The notes beneath the pieces are model-generated. The model was not told the DNA's origin. It was given only the letters and a program-made list of their open reading frames with translations, and made no database searches. Made by a program: the position numbers and the translations under genes. A stretch of DNA of 16,273 nucleotides, from the NCBI RefSeq assembly GCF_006345805.1, contig NW_021825577.1, forward strand, positions 1 to 16,273, written 5' to 3'. Positions 8,839 through 16,273 of the stretch are shown here, one piece after another. The stretch comes from Octopus sinensis. Taxonomy: Eukaryota. Position 1 is the stretch's first letter. Each line of letters begins with the position of its first letter.

Positions 8839-9037
8839 AAATACCTATTTCTTTACTATCCACAAGGGGCTAAACACAGAGAGGACAAACAAGGACAGAC
8901 AAACGGATTAAGTCGATTATATTGACCCCAGTGCGTAACTGTTACTTATTTAATCGACCCCGAAAGGATGAAAAGCAAAGTCGACCTCGGCGGAATTTGA
9001 ACCCAGAACGTAATGGCAGACGAAATACCGCTAAGCA
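8839..9037 (-). mobile_element. SINE family A, 5'-truncated unit ending in the internal-type junction
   Basis: Near-identical to 8602-8790; its 3' end reads GGATAGTAAAGAAATAGGTATTT, like internal units of the multimers. Confidence 0.9.
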
Positions 9038-9248
9038 TATATATATATACTTAGCACTCCCATAACGCGTTTGATTAAATATTTGGAAGAAACAAAAAGC
9101 CACCATGATAAAAGAAAATCAACTGGATGAACTTCAATAAAAGATAGCAGAATTTTTGTTGTCAACGAATCTTTAGAAAGATTACATTGTCATGCTAGCA
9201 GCTTATTTTGTAAGGAAATACTACAAAGAAGTCTTGTAAGACTTTCCC

Positions 9249-9263
9249 ATAATAATAATAATA

Positions 9264-9324
<61 letters not shown>

Positions 9325-9343
9325 TAATAATAATATAATAATA

Positions 9344-9387
<44 letters not shown>

Positions 9388-9403
9388 TAATAATAATAAT
9401 AAT
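9249..9403. repeat. (AAT)n microsatellite, about 155 bp with interruptions
   Basis: Direct reading; source of the poly-Ile and poly-Leu ORFs. Confidence 0.98.
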
Positions 9404-9516
9404 GTTTATCATTCAAAAACCAAAGATAACAACAGATCTAAGAAAGAATATAATGGATGAAACGAGAGAATTTATTGAAGTTGAACTCTTATAAATTTAG
9501 AATGCTGTCATACAAA

Positions 9517-9549
9517 AAAATAAAATAAAATAAAATAAAATAAAATAAA
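9517..9549. repeat. (TAAAA)n pentanucleotide repeat
   Basis: Direct reading. Confidence 0.9.
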
Positions 9550-9724
9550 TAATAGATAAAAATAAGAATTAATAGTGTAATCTGAACAATGAGGTGATTT
9601 GTTAGAACAATTTTGTTCTTATTGTTTTGTGTAAATGGAAGATTTTTCACTTGAACATTTACTGTGTTAATGAAGCAAATTAATAAATACCGTGATTATG
9701 TTGACTATCCCCGTGTGCTCCACC

Positions 9725-10035
9725 CCCACACACGCACACACACACATACATATAGCATATATAACACACACACAAACACACGTATATACATATATAACAT
9801 GTATAACACATACACACACAAACACACACATATATATATATACATACATATATAGCACACACATAATGCATATAGCATATATAACACACACATACATACA
9901 TATAGCATATATAACACACACATACACACACACACAAACATGCATATAGCATATATAACACACACACATGCACATACATAAACACATATATATATACAAG
10001 CATATATAACACACACACATACACGCACGCACACA

Positions 10036-10080
<45 letters not shown>
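9725..10080. repeat. CA/TA-rich minisatellite with recurring CATATAGCATATATAACACACA unit, ending in (CA)n
   Basis: The unit recurs near 9748, 9869, 9899, 9943 and, partially, 10000. Confidence 0.9.
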
Positions 10081-10350
10081 CACAACCCGAACGTACAAAG
10101 GGAGCAAACGGCCAAGTAACCAAATCAGCGTGTTTATAAAAAACCGAAAATTCAGGGTTTACCAAATCAATGAAAATATACCAAAAATGCTCTACAAGGA
10201 AAAATGCAGCGTTAGAAAACTCAAACTGCACAAAAAAGAAAAAAACCCAGAAGTATTTTCATCAGTTTGGTAAAACAAGATTTTTCATGTTCATTCCCCT
10301 TGTGCGCCCGAGGCAGTTAATATCAAACCACTTATTTCTGTTATTTTTAG

Positions 10351-10437
10351 TAAGGCTATATGGAGTCTCATTCTACTCCGTCTGAAGAGACGAGCGATCA
10401 TCGAAATAATTAGACATGTCGGAATGCTTACAGTAAG
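10351..10437 (+). other. Exon-like segment (87 nt, xKAIWSLILLRLKRRAIIEIIRHVGMLTVx) overlapping a hammerhead-like motif
   Basis: Acceptor CTTATTTCTGTTATTTTTAG ending 10350, donor AAG|GTAAAT at 10438, phase 2-2, one open frame; no homology recognised. Confidence 0.25.
10375..10425 (+). ncRNA. Degenerate hammerhead ribozyme-like motif
   Basis: CTGAAGA 10382-10388; stem II GA(C)GA-GCGA-TC(A)TC with a GNRA loop and one mismatch; GAAA 10403-10406; ACTCCG 10375-10380 can pair with CGGAAT 10420-10425. The cleavage triplet is ambiguous (AUG in register, GUC out of register). Confidence 0.42.
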
Positions 10438-10579
10438 GTAAATATACACGCATTTTCTTGATATAGGTATTCTAGAAATGGTTTTTTTCCCCCGTTTAGC
10501 TCCGACTAATATCTAATTAGTTGAGAGCACTCTTAGTGAATAAATACTTCGATTATTTGGATTAAGATGTGTCTAGTTA

Positions 10580-10611
<32 letters not shown>

Positions 10612-10649
10612 ACGCAGAAGCATACACACAAACACACACAAACAAGAAG

Positions 10650-10870
10650 TATTTCTTTCTAATTTTGGAACAACACACACACACACATATATATATATAC
10701 ATGCTCGCACAGGCACTCACATACACATATGTACCCAGTATTTGTCTGATATTTATTTCACCGAAACCGGAAGGAGGAAAAGACAAAGTCGGCTCCCGTG
10801 GAATTTGAACTTTAAAGGTACGCAACTAAATGCCGCAAGCACTCTATTGATTCTGTCATTCACCTCCTTA
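10650..10870 (-). mobile_element. Old, diverged family A-related SINE interrupted by (CA)n/(TA)n
   Basis: Shares the 3' end TATTTCTTTCTAATTTTGGAACAA with 8389-8412; core GACAAAGTCGGCTCCCGTGGAATTTGAACT at about 10782-10811. Confidence 0.65.
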
Positions 10871-11002
10871 GCTTTTTCTAAGTATCAGAAAGAAAAAAAA
10901 AAGGTTATTTCAAAATAGTGTTAACATCTGCAAAATGATTTCTCATAAAAAAGCAGACAATTTATGTGAAAAAAACCCTCTTAAACATAGTCAAAAACAT
11001 GC

Positions 11003-11104
11003 AAAAAATATTTTAAGCGTATATATTAAACATGCTAAACTAAATGTTAAAAAAATATTTTAAGCGTATATATTAAACATGCTAAACTAAATGTTAAAAA
11101 AATA
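11003..11104. repeat. Perfect 47-bp tandem duplication (about 2.2 copies)
   Basis: AAAAAATATTTTAAGCGTATATATTAAACATGCTAAACTAAATGTTA at 11003 and again at 11050. Confidence 0.95.
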
Positions 11105-11876
11105 ATTGAAAAAATTTGAAAAAGGAAAAGGAATTAATATATAAAAATTCTCTTACATAAAAATTTTCTTTTTTATATCTTGTTTAGTTATACGACACGT
11201 GATCGTAAAACTTTCGTGACCTTTAAATGAACTTTAACATTCTATCGTTGTTATTTAAGAAGACAACAAAAAAAATATATTTATCTAGAAATATTTTGCT
11301 CGATTTATTTTTTACTATTTTATTATTTTCATAAGTTCATTGAAACTAACTCAGCCTGTCGAAAAACGGCCGAGTAGACTCCTTTAAAAAAACTCCTATT
11401 TTAACGAATCTTTAATCTGAGTTCATACTCTAACGGTATCGTTTCTATTTTGATTCGCCATTTTCATTCTGTATATGAAATGTGTGTATTCCGTTTTATT
11501 TCTCGATTTCTCTTTTTGTGCGCATCGGTGAAGTTGTGAAGTGAAAATAAAAGAAAAACGAAACAAAAAACAAAAAGTAGAACTGTTTTGTTCCTTTCGG
11601 CGTTCTTTGTACAAGTATTTACCTTTTGAATTTTAATTGGTTCCTGCAGAACTTAATTGTCCTAGATATTGTGATCATTTGTTGTGTATTAACTATAGGG
11701 AAGAAGAGGCATGAGGTCGTTGGTGTCATGAACTTTGTGATTGGAGGGCCGCTAGTAAGAGCGAGAAGAGCTGGCCGTGGTATTTGGCTGAGTTCAGTGG
11801 AACATTTGCCAGCGAAAATGTTTAGGTGGACATGTTTGAATTTCGTAATGTGAAGACAATGAGGTTGGTAGCTGTT

Positions 11877-12502
11877 ATTTTTATTTTTTTATTGCCCACA
11901 AGGGGCTAAACACAGAGGGGACAAACACGGACAGACAAACGGATTAAGTCGATTACATCGACCCCAGTGCGTAATTGGTACTTATTTAATCGACCCCGAA
12001 AAGATGAAAGGCAAAGTCGACCTCGGCGGAATTTGAACTCAGAACGTAACGGCTGACGAAATACCTATTTCTTTACTACCCACAAAGGGCTAAACACAGA
12101 GGGGATAAACAAGGACAGACAAACGGATTAAGTCGATTATATCGACCCCAGTGCGTAACTGGTACTTATTTAATCGACCCCGAAAAGATGAAAGGCAAAG
12201 TCGACCTCGGCGGAATTTGAACTCAGAACGTAACGGCTGACGAAATACCTATTTCTTTACTACCCACAAAGGGCTAAACACAGAGGGGATAAACAAGGAC
12301 AGACAAACGGATTAAGTCGATTATATCGACCCCAGTGCGTAACTGGTACTTAATTTATCGACCTCGAAAGGATGAAAGGCAAAGTCGACCTCAGCGGAAT
12401 TTGAACTCAGAACGTAACGGCAGACGAAATACGGCTACGCATTTCGCCCGGCGTGCTAACGATTCTGCCAGCTCGCCGCCATTGCAGCGAGCTGGCAGAA
12501 AC
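11877..12502 (-). mobile_element. SINE family A head-to-tail trimer (184-bp period, one head), flanked by a 13-bp TSD
   Basis: GAAATAC junction motif at 12058, 12242 and 12426; head ends at 12480; TSD GTTGGTAGCTGTT at 11864-11876 and 12503-12515. Confidence 0.93.
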
Positions 12503-12720
12503 GTTGGTAGCTGTTGAGGGATTGAAAGAAGACGTCATGAGATGGCATATGGCAGTGGACATCACGAATTATTTGGTTGCAATACCGGGTCGTAGGGTCA
12601 TAGGTTAATTTAAGTTTAAAAAAAAAGAAGTTAAAGAATTACAGAAGCATGGGTTGTTGACGAACATTTATACTCTGCAGACACTTTTTATATGATCAAG
12701 TTATACAAATATCTCCTCAT

Positions 12721-13077
12721 CCGGGACCCCCTTCGGTCACGACACTGACCATGGGATTGCACCTAGGAAGTTACCCTCCTAGTCACAAGTCTGGGCAAGG
12801 TGGTTTATGGAAGACCAGCAGTCGCCCATGCATACCGGCCTCCCCTCTCCACGCCACCAGTGTTATCCAAGGGAAAGGCAAAGGCCAATACAGCTTGGCA
12901 CCTGTGATGTCGCAACTCATTTCTACAGCTGAGTGAACTGGAGCAACGTGAAATAAAGTGTCTTGCTCGAGAACACAACACGCAGCCCGGTCCGGAATTC
13001 GAGCTCACAACCTCACGATCGTAAGCTCGATGCTCTAACCCCTGAGCCATGCGCCTTCACATGCGTCCTCATGTCTT
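12721..13077 (-). mobile_element. Full-length tRNA-derived SINE family C (MetaSINE-like central domain) with 15-bp TSD
   Basis: A-box TGGCTCAGGGG (13049-13039); B-box-like GAGCTCGAATTCC (13006-12994); core GTGTTGTGTTCTCGAGCAAGACACTTTATTTCACGTTGCTCCAG; 3' stem-loop GGTCA/TGACC at 12735-12750; TSD CAAATATCTCCTCAT at 12706-12720 and 13078-13092. Confidence 0.88.
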
Positions 13078-13095
13078 CAAATATCTCCTCATAAC

Positions 13096-13146
13096 ACAAG
13101 ATATTTATACAATTGTTAAAGGGAAACAATTGTATAAATATTTTGT
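13096..13146. repeat. 22-bp inverted repeat with 7-nt loop
   Basis: ACAAGATATTTATACAATTGTT-AAAGGGA-AACAATTGTATAAATATTTTGT; the single mismatch is a G.U pair on the plus strand. Confidence 0.9.
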
Positions 13147-14045
13147 TATAAGATCTGAACCTGATGATTTTGACATTAAATTTATTTTTTCTCAGCACTA
13201 ATTTACATATTACATATTGTTCTTGTTTAACTTGTTTACAGAAGCTGAACTTCTGGCGCTTCCGCCCGTTAAACTTGTCATTATATCCTTACAAATTTAC
13301 AGTAGCTTTTAGCTTGTTCTTTCTTTTTCCCCTGATGGGGTGTGTTTAACAGTAATTACGCTGTTTACGCTGCAGCCAAAATGGAGGAAGTTGGGCGAAC
13401 TGCCTATTCAGCATTTTAAATTTATAGCTTATGCGAATTTGTATTTTAGTCTTTTAGCTGCAGCCTGTAAGCTTTTCGTTTCAGCATATGCAGTCGTTAA
13501 TTTGAGGTTTCAAATTTCATGTCCCAGATTACTTTCTAAATTTTTCGTTTATCCGTTTCTAATGTTTTCTCAATATATCAGCATTTTTGTTTCTTTTTTA
13601 AACTTGGCAATTTATAAGAGATTGCGAGAACGTTTTACAGTCGTGACAAGGTTTTGTCTTTCAAATTACAGGCCGACCACGACTCAAAATATTTGCATGT
13701 TTCTTCCTGTGTTACTTCAGCTTTTTTTGTTGCAATGAATTAATAACGAGGTTGTTGACATGTATTTAAGAAGATTTCGAGCATCATCTGTTGTTTTTAT
13801 AAGTATGACTGAGTGTTTGAGGAGTTTACTTACGAATCGCAAAACTGGTTATTTTCACATTTCAACACTCGTTTGAAATACTTTTTGTTGCAATTGTTTA
13901 GAAGATGCTGTCGAAGTGACACCGTACCACACTTATATTTTCTCTGAACAGAAATTAAAATCATAACTTTTGACTTTGTTGTTGAGACAGAAGTTGTCTA
14001 TATCAGAGTTTTTGTGTGTTTCTATTTGTTGTAAAAGTTATTGCA

Positions 14046-14244
14046 GGTCGATTAAATAAGTACCAGTTACGCACTGGAGGTCGATTAGTAATCGACTTAA
14101 TCCGTGTGTCTTTCCTTGTTTGTCCCCTCTGTGTTTAACCCCTTGTGGGTAGTAAAGAAATAGGTATTTCGCCTGCCATTACGTTCTGAGTTCAAATTCC
14201 GCCGAGGTCGACTTTGCCTTTCATCCTTTCGGGGTCAATTAAAT
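14046..14244 (+). mobile_element. SINE family A fragment spanning an internal junction (about one circularly permuted unit)
   Basis: Starts GGTCGATTAAAT (14046), passes GGGTAGTAAAGAAATAG|GTATTTCG, ends GGTCAATTAAAT (14233-14244). Confidence 0.88.
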
Positions 14245-14264
14245 GGAGGAAGTGCGTTTGTACT

Positions 14265-14352
14265 GGGTTAGGGTTAGGGTTTTAGAGTTAGGGTTTTAGG
14301 GTTAGGGTTTTAGGGTTAGGGTTTAAGGTTAAGGTTTTAGGGTTAGGGTTTT
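14265..14352 (+). repeat. Interstitial telomere-like array with alternating GGGTTA and GGGTTTTA units
   Basis: GGGTTA GGGTTA GGGTTTTA GAGTTA GGGTTTTA GGGTTA GGGTTTTA GGGTTA GGGTTTA AGGTTA AGGTTTTA GGGTTA GGGTTTT. Confidence 0.92.
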
Positions 14353-14384
14353 CCGGGTGAATGCTGTCTCAAGTAAAAAAAAGA

Positions 14385-14532
14385 CACATATGGTTGTGAT
14401 GCATGTGCCTGGTGTACCCTTATTAGGCTGGTAGTCATGATGAATATATTGCGCTTTGTATATTTGTACCCCAGTGCCATTTTGATGGTGTATATTGCTC
14501 TCTCACTAATAATAATAATAATGATAATAATA
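14385..14532 (+). mobile_element. Probable 3' fragment of a retroposon ending in an (AAT)n tail
   Basis: Ends GCTCTCTCACT followed by (AAT)n; resembles a common octopus repeat from memory only; no second copy in the window. Confidence 0.45.
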
Positions 14533-14534
14533 AT

Positions 14535-15010
14535 GATTCCATTTATTCGCCATCAGGGTGAAGGATGAGGGGGAGCAATCCAAAAACAGACACAAAGTGT
14601 TGAGGGTTTACATATAATGAAATGCTAAAATAAATAAATAATTAACAAAAAAAAAAAACGTCAGTAAACATGGTATACAATGAAAAGGAAGGGAACTCTA
14701 CATAATACACAAAGGTTAAAAATATTTGTGTGTGTGGGTGGGTGGGTGGGGTTGATAGAGACGTAGCACTCCTGATACAGGTTGACCTCTAGGGATAATC
14801 GAGGAACCCCGCTGTCTGAGATCTCCCTGAACACCAGCAGCAAGTGTCCTCTCCAATCCCCTTTCTACGACCCACAGGCCTACACTTAAAAAGGTACCAT
14901 CCATTCTTGCCATTTTTGCAACTTTCACCCTACCTTTCAGTAAACTCACTTGAGGATTGTACTTCCCTTTCTTCCCTCAATTTCCTTTTCAGGTGAAACT
15001 TGAAGACGTC
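14535..15010 (-). mobile_element. 3' fragment of a Tx1/L1-like LINE (ORF2 C-terminus and 3' UTR)
   Basis: Minus-strand DVFKFHLKRKLREEREVQSSSEFTER(W, disrupted by +1)VKVAKMARMDGTFLSV resembles Tx1/L1 ORF2 ends (F..HLKRK.R.ER..L....F..RW). It is followed by a pyrimidine-rich UTR ending GGCGAATAAATGGAAT and an (ATT)n run. Confidence 0.72.
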
Positions 15011-15045
15011 AGTAATAATAGAGACAAAAGCAAGAACAATGATAA

Positions 15046-15230
15046 TTAATTTTAGGGAGGAATATAGTCAATTAGATCGAACCCGATAATTGACCGCTAC
15101 TTTATTTTATCGAGTTTGGAAGGCCAAAAATGCAGAGTTGACTTCGGCAGGATTTGAACTCGGCTTGTAAAGATACGTATTTGAATATCGTATTACGGCA
15201 CTTTGTCCTGCGTTTTGCTAAGTCTCGTAT
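15046..15230 (-). mobile_element. Old, diverged family A-related SINE
   Basis: TACTTTATTTTATCGA..GCAGAGTTGACTTCGGCAGGATTTGAACTC aligns to the family A core and B-box region. Confidence 0.62.
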
Positions 15231-15279
15231 CCATCAGCTTTTGGAAGGAAAACTGAAAACCTATATAAACACGCACTAA

Positions 15280-15699
15280 GGTGGCGAGCTGGCAGAATCG
15301 TTGGCGCGCCGGGCGGAATGCTTAGCGGTATTTCGTCTGTCTTTACGTTCTGAGTTCAAATTCCGCCGAGGTCGACTTTGCCTTTCATCCTTTCGGGGTC
15401 GATAAATAAAAGTACCAGTTTCGCACTGGGGTCGATGTAATCGACTTAATCATCCCTTTGTCTGTCCTTGTTTGTCCCCTCTGTGTTTAGCCACTCGTGG
15501 GTAGTAAAGAAATAGGTATTTCATCTGTCTTTACTTTCTGAGTTCAAATTCCGCCAAGGTCGACTTTACCTTTCATCCTATCGAGGTCGATAAATAAAAG
15601 TACCAGTTTCGCACTGGGGTCGATGTAATCGACTTAATCCCTTTGTCTGTCTTTTTTTGTCCTCTCTATGTTTAGCCCCTTGTGGGCAATAAAAAAATA
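15280..15699 (+). mobile_element. SINE family A dimer (one head, 188-bp period) with an 11-15 bp TSD
   Basis: Head GGTGGCGAGCTGGCAGAATCGTTGGC; GTATTTC at 15328 and 15516; ends GGGCAATAAAAAAATA; TSD TATATAAACAC(G/A)CAC at 15262-15276 and 15700-15714. Confidence 0.93.
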
Positions 15700-15704
15700 T
15701 ATAT

Positions 15705-15739
<35 letters not shown>

Positions 15740-15980
15740 AACTAAATATATAAAAAAACTATTGTCTTGGGAGAGCCATTACTCCACATGAAAGAGCCAG
15801 ACTTATAGAACTCGAACGAAAACTCGTAATATAAAAAAATTAAAAAAAAAACCCCCCCCCCCACAAGCACACATTAAAACAAAGGAAACACAAACAAAAA
15901 CAAACAAAAACAAACAAAAAATATTAATAGTAGCACAAGCTCTAATGTACTGCATGCGGACCGATAGCGAAAGTACTCAC

Positions 15981-16060
15981 CGGAAATATTTCTGAAAGGA
16001 AACTTTTTAAACACTTCACCGAGATGCAGTCTGATAAATCGTTTCCATTTAGCTGACGAC
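15981..16060 (-). CDS. Possible 80-nt internal exon of an unidentified gene
   Basis: Minus-strand acceptor CCACTTCCATACTTGTAG, consensus donor CCG|GTGAGT. Two frames are open (xRQLNGNDLSDCISVKCLKSFLSEIFP or xSSAKWKRFIRLHLGEVFKKFPFRNISG); no homology recognised. Confidence 0.3.
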
Positions 16061-16192
16061 CTACAAGTATGGAAGTGGACTTTCCATTCATTCACAATAG
16101 ATTCGATGAGATAGACGATTAGATGAATTATTTCTATGCATTTCTACCATTCACTTATCGTCTCTACGGTATGGTTTAATACGTCTGGCTAG

Positions 16193-16234
<42 letters not shown>
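16193..16234. repeat. (GT)n microsatellite
   Basis: Direct reading. Confidence 0.96.
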
Positions 16235-16236
<2 letters not shown>

Positions 16237-16273
16237 TGTGGTGAGTATTTCTCTGTTTTACTTGTGTATATGT

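Noticed and set aside
722-10825. Numerous ORFs rich in YI, LSIY, poly-I/L/N, HT or VC
   Set aside because: They are translations of (TA)n, (CTAT)n, (AAT)n and (CA)n microsatellites, which lack stops in some frames.
11877-12480. Regularly spaced repeats superficially like a CRISPR array
   Set aside because: Units are 184-bp SINE bodies without unique spacers, in a eukaryotic context with no cas genes.
11619-12620. Removing the SINE trimer and one TSD restores a minus-strand open frame of about 120 codons containing GKCSTELSQIP, faintly like Jockey/CR1 ORF2 ends
   Set aside because: Similarity is limited to a few residues with wrong spacing; a profile search would be needed. Left unassigned.
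12975-13055. tRNA-like sequences here and at 2801-2860, 6810-6876, 8790-8832 and 15280-15365
   Set aside because: They are SINE heads with Pol III boxes but no complete cloverleaf or acceptor stem, and they continue into SINE bodies.
13150-14040. 132-aa plus-strand ORF (13340-13738), Lys-rich antisense frame and several strong-looking acceptors
   Set aside because: The F/L/S-rich composition reflects T-rich DNA, the antisense frame has many stops, there are no matching donors and no transposase motif I can recognise.
14995-15009. 15-nt microexon-like segment (CAG|GTGAAACTTGAAGAC|GTCAGT)
   Set aside because: The polypyrimidine tract is just the antisense of the purine-rich LINE coding remnant; no independent support.

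Overview
AT-rich, microsatellite-dense eukaryotic non-coding DNA (intron or intergenic), made up mostly of a nested pile of transposable-element remains. The SINE families look like those I recall from Octopus genomes, but that taxon call is unverified. No intact protein-coding gene, rRNA, tRNA gene or CRISPR array is present, and almost all listed ORFs are microsatellite read-throughs or antisense shadows. Supported content: a decayed Penelope-like RT/GIY-YIG fragment (1-801, -); two 3' fragments of restriction-like-endonuclease non-LTR retrotransposons (2920-3268 +, 3511-3959 -); a Tx1/L1-like 3' fragment (14535-15010, -); a decayed pogo/Tigger (Jerky-like) transposase split by an internally deleted mariner with 29-bp TIRs (7644-8210); and many tRNA-derived SINE copies from at least four families (A-D, my labels). 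Most interesting observations: an apparently intact type I hammerhead ribozyme (1745-1800) plus degenerate ones; a tRNA-headed SINE with an internal (AAT)n/(AAC)n tract and a hammerhead-like tail; a SINE that appears to move as a dimer joined by a palindromic junction and shares its 3' tail with the Tx1-like LINE; and a telomere-like array alternating 6-mers and 8-mers. Three possible short host exons are low confidence.
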